Of a stretch of DNA of 56,554 nucleotides, positions 29,139 to 36,662 are shown in pieces; the first letter of the stretch is position 1; the number at the start of each line of letters is the position of its first letter. The stretch is taken from assembly GCA_001785735.1 (NCBI GenBank), contig MFUP01000014.1:1-56554 (forward strand), written 5' to 3'. Below the pieces are notes generated by a model. That model was not told where the DNA came from. It ran no database searches and saw only the letters and a program-made list of their open reading frames with translations. The translations under genes were made by a program, and so were the position numbers. This stretch comes from Candidatus Nomurabacteria bacterium RIFCSPLOWO2_01_FULL_33_24. Its GTDB lineage: Bacteria > Patescibacteriota > Minisyncoccia > Phycocordibacterales > MFUP01.

Positions 29139-30254
29139 TCATCGGACTCCGAGCGTTGCGCCAGGGTATTCAAGTCCTTTCGGCTTGATGATGACTTTCT
29201 TGTCGTCGCTTCGTTCGATGTATCCGGCGCGAAGCGCAACAAGTTTGTGCGAAGAGGCGATTTCGGCAACTACATCCGCGTCGGCTTCCGAAACATAGAG
29301 TGCGAAACCCGCACCCATGTTGAAGTTGCCATACGCCTCCATGTCGTCCACCGGACCGTGCTTCTGCAAGAAGTCGAAGATCGGAAGTTGTTTCGGCAAA
29401 CGCTCGATGATGTAGGCAAACGATTGCGTTGCTCGCATGAGCTTGCGCCAGCCGTGCCCCGTGACGTTCACTGTGTAGTGGATGTTCACGCCACGGTTAA
29501 GGCAATCTTCGACAAGAGCAACGTAGATGTGCGTAGGGTCGAGCAGTGTCTCGCCGTAGGTTCGACCATCGTTGAGCCGAGTCAGATAGCCGTCAGACAA
29601 CCTATCGGCGATCTTCCGTGCCATTGTGAGGCCGTTCGCATGGATACCGGAACTCTCGACGAGAACGATCTCGTCGCCATGTTGGATGTTGTCCGCAGTG
29701 ATGAGCCGCTCTTTCGGCTTCACGAGGCCCATCGCCGAACCGGAAAGAACAATCGCATACGGCACGACAACACCCTTAAGCGTCGGAGTTTCGCCGCCAC
29801 CCCAAACGCAACGCGCAAGGTTGCAAGCGTTCTTCCAACCTTCGACAAGATCACGACGTCGTTTCTCATCGTCGAACCAGTTGGAGTCGCCGACGGCGAG
29901 GTGCATCGCCACTGAAAGCGGGAGTGCGCCAAGCGTAATCATGTCGTTCACGATCATCGCCACAGTGTCCTGCGCGATGTGGTCGTAATACGATTTGCCG
30001 GTAAGACGATACATCGCGTCGGCGACAAGATTTTTCGTGCCAAGTCCTTCCTCAACGTGCGCGAAATAGCTCTCGGCCGCCTCGATGAGGTACGCGCTCT
30101 CGCCACGACTCATCTCGACTTCTCGAAATTCGCCATTGTTGAGACGATTGATATTTGCGGCAGTCTCACAACCCGCGAGTTGCGCCATGCGCTTGAATGG
30201 GTCCATTGCGTCGTAACTCACGCCAACTCCAGCATAGGTCATCTTTTCTGTCAT
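29139..30254 (-). CDS. AIR-synthase (PurM/ThiL/HypE/SelD) superfamily protein, PurM-like
   Basis: PurM-like landmarks: GLGTKNLVAD, DTVAMIVNDMITLGA, GGGETP, ESSGIHANGLTMARK, PTHIYV, VTGHGWRKL, NFNMGAGFALYV. The start at 30254 (MTEKMTYAGVG) sits 7 nt after AAGGAGGA. Confidence 0.75.
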   Translation of the reverse strand: MTEKMTYAGVGVSYDAMDPFKRMAQLAGCETAANINRLNNGEFREVEMSRGESAYLIEAAESYFAHVEEGLGTKNLVADAMYRLTGKSYYDHIAQDTVAMIVNDMITLGALPLSVAMHLAVGDSNWFDDEKRRRDLVEGWKNACNLARCVWGGGETPTLKGVVVPYAIVLSGSAMGLVKPKERLITADNIQHGDEIVLVESSGIHANGLTMARKIADRLSDGYLTRLNDGRTYGETLLDPTHIYVALVEDCLNRGVNIHYTVNVTGHGWRKLMRATQSFAYIIERLPKQLPIFDFLQKHGPVDDMEAYGNFNMGAGFALYVSEADADVVAEIASSHKLVALRAGYIERSDDKKVIIKPKGLEYPGATLGVR

Positions 30255-30478
30255 GTTCTTTCCTCCTTTTCCGTTTTTTGAGTTTTCAGGGTACAAATTA
30301 AGCCAAGCACTAGCTTGATCTCCTATGATGTAAATTACAACAAAACAAGATAGAAAGCAAGGTCAAAAAATAAAAAAAGAAATTCCTATGAATTTCTAAA
30401 TCAAATGAGTATGAAAAAATTTTCTTTTACAAAATATGGTTCGAGCCGATATTTTTATCAGGTTCTTTGGCAGCTTTT

Positions 30479-30569
30479 AAGATCGCGACGAAGCCGCTCA
30501 AATTTTGGGGGGCTGGCCGTCGCCGCCGCAGGCGGCGAAATGCGTTCGGACTAATTCAAAAATACAACA
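30479..30569. repeat. right terminal inverted repeat of the GC-rich island
   Basis: Reverse complement of the left IR (see 28922-29012). Confidence 0.8.
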
Positions 30570-30625
30570 CCAGCAAGGAATTTGCAAGCGATTTGGGTTC
30601 GCCTCGCTTGCAAATTCCTTGCTGG
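30557..30625 (-). terminator. terminator hairpin of the tRNA-Pro/tRNA-Gly unit
   Basis: Perfect 22-bp arms: ccagcaaggaatttgcaagcga (30570-30591) and tcgcttgcaaattccttgctgg (30604-30625). On the minus strand the hairpin begins within the CCA end of tRNA-Gly and is followed by tgttgtattttt, which lies inside the island IR. Confidence 0.65.
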
Positions 30626-30696
30626 TGCGGGTAGAGAGAATCGAACTCTCGTCTACTGCTTGGAAGGCAGTTATTCTACCACTAAACCATACCCGC
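30623..30696 (-). tRNA. tRNA-Gly (anticodon TCC), CCA encoded
   Basis: Manual cloverleaf: acceptor GCGGGTA/TACCCGC, anticodon arm ACTGC-CTTCCAA-GCAGT, T arm GAGAG-TTCGATT-CTCTC, then ACCA. Confidence 0.9.
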
Positions 30697-30700
30697 TATA

Positions 30701-30773
30701 TCGGGGTGCCGGGATTCGAACCCGGAGTCACTTGATCCCAAATCAAGCATGTTAGCCGTTACACCACACCCCG
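30701..30773 (-). tRNA. tRNA-Pro (anticodon TGG)
   Basis: Acceptor CGGGGTG/CACCCCG, anticodon arm CTTGA-TTTGGGA-TCAAG, T arm CCGGG-TTCGAAT-CCCGG. No encoded CCA. Confidence 0.9.
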
Positions 30774-30818
30774 TCTATTAAATAATATAAAAATACTATC
30801 ACATTTAAGCCAAAAATA

Positions 30819-30846
30819 AAAAGCTTATTCAAAAGAATAAGCTTTT
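30819..30846 (-). terminator. rho-independent terminator after the 30871 ORF
   Basis: aaaagcttattc / gaataagctttt with loop aaaa. A T-run follows on the minus strand. Confidence 0.6.
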
Positions 30847-30870
30847 CAAAAAATTTAAAAATTTTGATTT

Positions 30871-31074
30871 TTAATCTTCTGGAAGAAATTCTTTACTGGC
30901 TTCAAAACCAGGACCATCATAATTTTTTTCCAAAATTGTTACACAATCTATAATTCCCTCGTCACCAACTGAAACTTCGGGACCTTCATTAATTTGAAAA
31001 TCATAAGGATCTCTCTTTTGATTACAAAGAGCTATTGTACGATTTTCTTCTGGTACAAATTTTTTCTTCCCCAT
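30871..31074 (-). CDS. hypothetical small acidic protein (67 aa)
   Basis: ORF only. It has its own terminator. No motif recognised. Confidence 0.4.
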   Translation of the reverse strand: MGKKKFVPEENRTIALCNQKRDPYDFQINEGPEVSVGDEGIIDCVTILEKNYDGPGFEASKEFLPED

Positions 31075-31155
31075 TTATTGATTATTTTAAAAGTCAACAA
31101 AAAAAACATATCCTTGTTATTATACATTATTTTTCAAAAAAATAAAAGAATTTTT

Positions 31156-31566
31156 TTATAAAATAATATTTTCTATAAATTTGACTCTAGCTAATTTTTT
31201 GGCTGTATCTAAAAAAACAATTATTACATCAAATTGCCATTCTTGGTTATCAGAAACATTTATCCTTAATAAATAAGATTGGATAACTCGTGAGAGTCTT
31301 TTTAATTTCCACGAGTGAAGGTTATCTTCTGGTTGGTAATTATTAAATGTTTCTTTTTCTGCTTTATTATTTAAATCTTTAGACACAGATTTTACTTCAA
31401 TAAAATGCAAAACATTTTTCTTCTCAGAAATTATATCTATCTCTCCATATCTCTTTGTATAATTTTTTTCTTTAATGACAAAACCCTGTTTCATAAGAAA
31501 CTTACAAGCGATATTTTCACCTATTTCTCCTATTTTTTGATTATCAGAAGTAAATTTCTTCATCAT
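31156..31566 (-). CDS. YraN-family (UPF0102) endonuclease-like protein
   Basis: IGEIGENIACKFLMKQGFVIKEKNYTKRYGEIDIISEKKNVLHFIEVKS matches the YraN pattern. The start is moved to MMKKF (31566); the track's longer start adds a non-conserved hydrophobic extension. Confidence 0.7.
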   Translation of the reverse strand: MMKKFTSDNQKIGEIGENIACKFLMKQGFVIKEKNYTKRYGEIDIISEKKNVLHFIEVKSVSKDLNNKAEKETFNNYQPEDNLHSWKLKRLSRVIQSYLLRINVSDNQEWQFDVIIVFLDTAKKLARVKFIENIIL

Positions 31567-31684
31567 TTTAATTATTTTAATTGTTTTTGTTTCATGTGAA
31601 ACTATAACTGTGGATAAATCTGTTGATAATGTGTATAAAGGACATAAAAACAATTTGTCTTATAAGATGTCTGTTAAATTTATG

Positions 31685-31756
31685 CGCTCCTGGAGGGATT
31701 CGAACCCCCAACGACGGTTCCGAAGACCGTTATGATATCCATTTCACCACAGGAGC
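31685..31756 (-). tRNA. tRNA-Arg (anticodon TCG)
   Basis: Acceptor GCTCCTG/CAGGAGC, anticodon arm ACGGT-CTTCGGA-ACCGT, T arm GGGGG-TTCGAAT-CCCTC (one G:U pair). No encoded CCA. Confidence 0.85.
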
Positions 31757-31846
31757 TTTAAGAGTTTTAGTATTATACCCTAAATTGATCATCAATGAAA
31801 ATTAAGATATAATAGAAAATTATTATAAATAATAAATAAATAGTCT

Positions 31847-31917
31847 GCGGATATGGTTTAGTGGTAGAACACGTCCTTGCCAAGGATGAGACGGGAGTCC
31901 GATTCTCCCTATCCGCA
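31847..31917 (+). tRNA. tRNA-Gly (anticodon GCC)
   Basis: Acceptor GCGGATA/TATCCGC, anticodon arm CGTCC-TTGCCAA-GGATG, T arm GGGAG-TCCGATT-CTCCC (slightly non-canonical T loop). No encoded CCA. Confidence 0.85.
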
Positions 31918-31930
31918 CAAAAACAATAAT

Positions 31931-33403
31931 ATGGATTATCATTTTGAAATCCCCAAAGAAATTTCTAACATAACAAAAACACTTGAGGAAGGTGGTTTTG
32001 AAGCTTATTTAGTTGGTGGGTGTGTTCGTGATTTATTTAGAAAAGACAAGCCTAAAGATTGGGATGTAACAACTAATGCCAACCCTGAACAGATAATGAA
32101 ACTTTTTGAAAAATCAGTTTATGAAAATAATTTTGGAACAGTAGCTGTCATAAACGAAAATATAAATGATCAAACACTTAAGGTGGTTGAAATAACCCCT
32201 TATAGATTAGAAGCAAAATATTCTGATCACCGGCATCCCGATTCAATTATTTTTGGTAACAAATTAGAAGATGATTTAAAGAGACGAGATTTTACCATTA
32301 ACGCCATTGCTTATAATGTTTCCAAGAAACAAGTTATTGATCTTTGTAACGGACAACAAGATATAAAGGACATGATTATAAGGACAGTCGGAAAACCCAG
32401 GGAAAGATTCTCAGAAGATGCTTTAAGAATGTTAAGAGGAATAAGATTAGCAACCCAACTAGGTTTCATGATTAACGCTGATACTGAAAAAGCTATATTA
32501 ATGATGGGAAGTTTCATGAATAACATCTCTGCTGAAAGAATTCAGGATGAATTTGTAAAAATAATTATGTCTGACGAACCAATGAAAGGATTAATTACAG
32601 CTAATAAACTTGGAATACTAAAATATATAGTTCCGGAACTTGAGACTGGAATTGGTATTAAACAAAATAAAGATCATATTTATGAAGTTTGGGAACATCT
32701 TCTTAGAAGTATTCAGCATTCAGCCAAAAGAAGTTGGCCATTACACGTGAGACTTTCTGCTCTTTTCCATGACATTGCTAAACCAAAAACAAGATTTTGG
32801 ATGGACGAAAAGAAGGATTATACTTTTTACGGACATGATGTTGTGGGAGCAAGAATAGCTAATGAAATCATGGTCAGATTGAAGTTTTCTAAAAAAATGA
32901 TTGAAACTGTCACAAAATTGGTTAGAAACCATATGTTCTTTTCTGATATAGATCAAATTACTCTTTCAGCAGTGAGAAGACTAGTTTCACGTGTTGGACC
33001 TGAAAATGTTTGGGATCTTATGAGGGTTAGAGCTTGTGACAGAATTGGTATGGGAAAACCAAAAGAAACTCCTTATCGATTAAGAAAATATGAATCAATG
33101 ATTGAAGAAGCAATGCGAGCTCCAGTTTCTGTGGGAATGTTAAAGATTGATGGAATTAAAATAATGGATGTTATTCATGAAACACCTAGCCCTAGAATTG
33201 GATACATTCTTCATGCTCTTTTGGAAGAAGTTTTAGAAAATCCTAGTTTGAACACAACTGAATATTTAGAAAAGAAAACCAAAGAATTAGCTCAATTTCC
33301 TGAAAAAGATTTAAAAAATCTAGGTAAGGCGGGAAAAGAAAAAAGAGATGAGGAAGAAGAAAAAGAGCTCTCCATAATCCGCCAGAGGCACGGGGTGAAA
33401 TAA
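31931..33403 (+). CDS. cca: CCA-adding tRNA nucleotidyltransferase with HD domain
   Basis: GGCVRDLFR..KDWDVTT, RRDFTINAIAY, and an HD region (LSALFHDIAKP). The start is moved to ATG 31931 because the track's TTG 31877 lies inside tRNA-Gly. Confidence 0.85.
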   Translation: MDYHFEIPKEISNITKTLEEGGFEAYLVGGCVRDLFRKDKPKDWDVTTNANPEQIMKLFEKSVYENNFGTVAVINENINDQTLKVVEITPYRLEAKYSDHRHPDSIIFGNKLEDDLKRRDFTINAIAYNVSKKQVIDLCNGQQDIKDMIIRTVGKPRERFSEDALRMLRGIRLATQLGFMINADTEKAILMMGSFMNNISAERIQDEFVKIIMSDEPMKGLITANKLGILKYIVPELETGIGIKQNKDHIYEVWEHLLRSIQHSAKRSWPLHVRLSALFHDIAKPKTRFWMDEKKDYTFYGHDVVGARIANEIMVRLKFSKKMIETVTKLVRNHMFFSDIDQITLSAVRRLVSRVGPENVWDLMRVRACDRIGMGKPKETPYRLRKYESMIEEAMRAPVSVGMLKIDGIKIMDVIHETPSPRIGYILHALLEEVLENPSLNTTEYLEKKTKELAQFPEKDLKNLGKAGKEKRDEEEEKELSIIRQRHGVK

Positions 33404-33494
33404 TTCTGGGTATTATCGAAAGATGAAATAAAAAAGGCCATTTCTTAAAGAAAAGCTTGTTATTTTATGAAATAAACCCATAAAAATTTATTAT

Positions 33495-33842
33495 TTGTTA
33501 AGCTTTAAGGCAAACAAGACTGTTCAATTGTTCTCCTCTCCTGTTTCTCGAGCGATAGAAAGCGCTGAAATTATTAGCCATATCACGGGACTGGATTACA
33601 ATTTTCTTGAAGAATTAGGATTAAATTGTTCAGATGGAGATAAAATAAAAAATGTTATTTTAGATAAAATTTTAACTTTAACAAATGGCGAAATAGTAGT
33701 AATGGTTTCTCATTTACCAAATATATCAGGAGTTATTGTGTCTTTTGACTGTGGAAAACCAGAGATTAGGTGGATTGGAACCGGGGAAGCAATAGTTCTA
33801 AACTTTGGGGGTAAAAAGGTTGTGCGAGCACATAAATTATAA
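33495..33842 (+). pseudogene. histidine phosphatase (SixA-like) family fragment lacking the catalytic RHG N-terminus
   Basis: LFSSPVSRAIESAEII and VVMVSHLPNISGV resemble the middle and C-terminal part of SixA-type phosphatases. No in-frame N-terminal RHG segment is present: in-frame stop at 33468, and only a TTG start. Confidence 0.35.
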
Positions 33843-33858
33843 TGTCTTTTTTTGTTAT

Positions 33859-33886
33859 AAAACCCAACTAAATTTAGTTGGGTTTT
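33859..33886. terminator. bidirectional terminator hairpin between convergent genes
   Basis: Perfect palindrome aaaacccaactaaa/tttagttgggtttt, flanked by A-runs and T-runs. Confidence 0.7.
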
Positions 33887-34659
33887 TATTTTATCTTAAT
33901 ATTTATTTCAATCGGACAATGATCGGAACCATAAATATCCTTTAGGATTGTAGTTGATTTTATTTTTCTAATTAGATCAGCGCTAATAAAAAAATAATCT
34001 ATCCGCCAACCAACATTTCTATCACGAGCTCTAGTTTTTAAATCCCAATAAGTATAAGTATCTTTTTTGTTTGGAAAAAAATGACGAAAGACATCAACAT
34101 ATCCCGAGGCAATTATTTCATCTAACCAAGCTCTTTCTTCGGGCAGAAAACCAGTATTCTGCTCGTTCGCTTTTGGCCGAGCAAGATCAATCTCTTCGTG
34201 AGCAGTATTGATATCCCCACAAAAGATTATTTTATAACCCTTTTTTCTTAGTTTGTTAATAAATTTTAGAAAAGCATCATAAAATTCAAGTTTATATTCT
34301 AATCTTTCTGGGCTCATTCCTCCGTTCGGGAAATAAATATTTAGCAGAACAAAACCATCAAAATAACTAACAATGATTCTTCCTTCTTGATCAAATTTTT
34401 TTATTCCAATTCCGTACTCAACTTTTTTTGGTTTAACTTTTGAATACAAAGCCACTCCGCTATATCCTTTTTTAATTTCCGACGAAGAAAAAAAAGATAA
34501 GTATCCCTTTGGTAATTTAACTTCTTCTGAAAGCTGGTCGGGGTGCGCTTTGGTTTCTTGTAAACAAAAAATATCAGGATTCTTTTTTAAAATATTTCCC
34601 CAATATCCTTGACGCTCAAGCGCCCGTAAACCATTAACATTCCAAGATATAATTTTCAT
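33886..34659 (-). CDS. xth: exodeoxyribonuclease III
   Basis: MKIISWNVNGLRA, CLQETK, GDINTAH, WDLKTRARDRNVGWRIDYF, GSDHCPI. Confidence 0.92.
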   Translation of the reverse strand: MKIISWNVNGLRALERQGYWGNILKKNPDIFCLQETKAHPDQLSEEVKLPKGYLSFFSSSEIKKGYSGVALYSKVKPKKVEYGIGIKKFDQEGRIIVSYFDGFVLLNIYFPNGGMSPERLEYKLEFYDAFLKFINKLRKKGYKIIFCGDINTAHEEIDLARPKANEQNTGFLPEERAWLDEIIASGYVDVFRHFFPNKKDTYTYWDLKTRARDRNVGWRIDYFFISADLIRKIKSTTILKDIYGSDHCPIEINIKIK

Positions 34660-34676
34660 AGTTGAATTATAACATA

Positions 34677-35564
34677 CTACCTTTTGCCCTTATTATGAAA
34701 GGATTTATGAACATTTTTTAACTGCCGGTCAGTGATGTGTGTATAAATTTGAGTGGTGGAAATATTTGTATGTCCAAGCATCATTTGAACTGAACGAATA
34801 TCGGCTCCGTTTTGAAGTAAATCAGTAGCAAAAGAGTGACGAATAATATGGGGGGTAACTTTTTTTGAAATCCCAGCTTTAATCGCATAATGCTTTACAA
34901 TTCTTTCTATTGATCTTGGGGTCAATCTTATTTCGTTATTTTCATTTTTACTTTTTACTAATCGCAAAAACAGTGATTCTTCCATGTCTGTTCTTTTGTC
35001 TAAATATTTTTTGATAGCTGTTTTGGCCGTTTCTGATAAAAAAACCAAACGAATTTTTTCTCCTTTCCCTCTAATAGAAAATTCATCTTTTTTTAAATCA
35101 ATATCTCTATTAAGCGAAGCTAATTCTGACACCCGCAGGCCAGTAGAAAAGAAAAGTTCCAAAATAGCCTTATCTCTTAAAGATTTTTCGTCACTTCCTT
35201 CTGGGGCCAGAAGGAGTCTTTCTAGTTCATCAGTGCTTATTAAATCTAAACTTCTTTCTTTTATTTTAGCTAACTCAATTTTGTCGGGTGATAAAACCTT
35301 TACATTTCTTTTCATTAAGTATCGCAAAAAAGACCGTAGAGATATTAAATAATAATTTTGAGTATTTTTTTTAAGATCTTGTCTGTTTAAATACAAACGA
35401 AACTCTCTGACTTTGTCATCATTAATTTCAATAATATTTTTTATCTTAGAAAATTCAAAAAACTTATTTAGATAACGCTCATAATTTTCAATCGTTTTTA
35501 AGCTATATCCTTTTTCTATTTCTAAATATTCTAAAAATTGCCTTTTAAGTTTTTGGGTGTCCAT
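34677..35564 (-). CDS. tyrosine recombinase, XerC/XerD type
   Basis: N-terminal SAM-like domain and a catalytic domain with RVSELASL, HIIRHSFATDLL, LGHTNISTTQIYTH. Confidence 0.88.
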   Translation of the reverse strand: MDTQKLKRQFLEYLEIEKGYSLKTIENYERYLNKFFEFSKIKNIIEINDDKVREFRLYLNRQDLKKNTQNYYLISLRSFLRYLMKRNVKVLSPDKIELAKIKERSLDLISTDELERLLLAPEGSDEKSLRDKAILELFFSTGLRVSELASLNRDIDLKKDEFSIRGKGEKIRLVFLSETAKTAIKKYLDKRTDMEESLFLRLVKSKNENNEIRLTPRSIERIVKHYAIKAGISKKVTPHIIRHSFATDLLQNGADIRSVQMMLGHTNISTTQIYTHITDRQLKNVHKSFHNKGKR

Positions 35565-35675
35565 TCTTATATCCTATTATTCTATCACAATGTCGCACAA
35601 TAAATGTTCTCTAAAAAATATTTAGTCATAAAGACCCTTGCAAATGAAAGAAATTTATGATAAGATAACAAAACA

Positions 35676-35939
35676 ATGTTAAAAGCAAAAAAAAAACAAG
35701 GAATTATCAAGAAATCCCAAATTCATGATAAAGATACTGGATCATCTCAAGTGCAGATTGGTGTTTTGTCTGAGAGAATTAATGAACTTTCAACCCACCT
35801 AAAAAAACATAAAAAAGACCATCACTCCAGAAGAGGTTTAATAAAAATGGTGAGCGACCGCCGAAAACATTTAAAATACTTAGAAAAAAAAGATTCTAAG
35901 GAATATATAAAAGCACTTAAAACAATAAAAGAAAAATAA
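35676..35939 (+). CDS. rpsO: 30S ribosomal protein S15
   Basis: [50 protein letters not shown]. Confidence 0.95.
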   Translation: MLKAKKKQGIIKKSQIHDKDTGSSQVQIGVLSERINELSTHLKKHKKDHHSRRGLIKMVSDRRKHLKYLEKKDSKEYIKALKTIKEK

Positions 35940-35993
35940 AAATTAATTTATTTATATATACATAAATTCCCGAAAGGATGTTATTATAAAAAT

Positions 35994-36500
35994 ATGCCGA
36001 TAATTAAACAAAAAGAACAAAGGGTAGGAATTTTTATTGATACTCAAAATCTTTATCATAGCGCTAAAAACCTTTATAAAAGAAAGGTTAATTTTGGAGC
36101 AATTGTCAAAGAAGCTCTAGCTGGACGAAAATTAGTTCGAGCCATTGCTTATGTTATTACCACTGAGGCCGGTGAAGAGAAAGGATTTTTTGATGCTTTA
36201 GAAAAATTGGGGATTGAAACTAAGACAAAAGATTTACAAATCTTTTTTGGTGGAGCCAAAAAAGGGGATTGGGATGTCGGCTTGGCGATTGATTCTATTA
36301 AATTAGCTCCTAAATTAGATGCGGTAGTTATTGTTTCTGGTGATGGTGATTTTGTCCCGTTGGTAGAATACTTAAAGACCAGCACCCAGGTTGAAGTTAT
36401 GTCTTTTGGAAAATCATCTTCTTCTAAGTTAAAAGAAATAGTGGATGACTTCATTGATCTCTCCGAAAATCCAAAAAAATACCTTATTGGGTATAAATAA
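35994..36500 (+). CDS. NYN-domain (LabA/DUF88-like) protein
   Basis: VGIFIDTQNLYHSAK ... DWDVGLAIDS ... VVIVSGDGDFVPLVEYLK pattern. Confidence 0.7.
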   Translation: MPIIKQKEQRVGIFIDTQNLYHSAKNLYKRKVNFGAIVKEALAGRKLVRAIAYVITTEAGEEKGFFDALEKLGIETKTKDLQIFFGGAKKGDWDVGLAIDSIKLAPKLDAVVIVSGDGDFVPLVEYLKTSTQVEVMSFGKSSSSKLKEIVDDFIDLSENPKKYLIGYK

Positions 36501-36662
36501 AAAAGGTGTTATAGTAGAACCAGTTTATAAAGTCGAGGAGAAAATTATAAAGTTATAAGGTGAAAGAGTAGTCTTTAGACGAGTAGGGTTGTACCTTCTC
36601 TCGACAAAGCTCGAGACAAGTTAGGACAACTTTAAGGTCTGGGGGTTACTCCTAAAAACAAA

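Larger units (their letters stand above)
28922..30569. mobile_element. 1.65-kb GC-rich inverted-repeat-bounded island carrying a PurM-like gene (no transposase or integrase inside)
   Basis: The ORF and IRs are about 55-58% GC (35/60 counted at 29521-29580). Flanking host DNA is about 23-35% GC. Bounded by ~90-bp IRs, with its right end abutting the tRNA-Gly terminator hairpin. Confidence 0.5.

Noticed and set aside
29075-30281. Five ORFs overlapping or antisense to the PurM-like gene (29118-29915+, 29626-29988+, 29979-30281+, 29720-29932-, 29075-29269-)
   Set aside because: These are typical long shadow ORFs of GC-rich coding DNA. Their translations are Arg/Ala/Ser-rich without motifs. The minus-strand PurM-like frame carries family motifs, an SD and a terminator.
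28922-30569. Interpretation of the island as an integron cassette with attC sites
   Set aside because: The two repeats are inverted relative to each other rather than direct. Each unit is only partly self-complementary. No intI or attI is visible.
30505-30735. 76-aa + strand ORF
   Set aside because: It runs through the island IR, the terminator hairpin and both tRNA genes (antisense).
31623-31805. 60-aa + strand ORF
   Set aside because: It is antisense across tRNA-Arg(TCG).
31877-31930. Track start (TTG) of the cca ORF
   Set aside because: It lies inside tRNA-Gly(GCC). The ATG at 31931 follows the tRNA and starts the conserved nucleotidyltransferase N-terminus.
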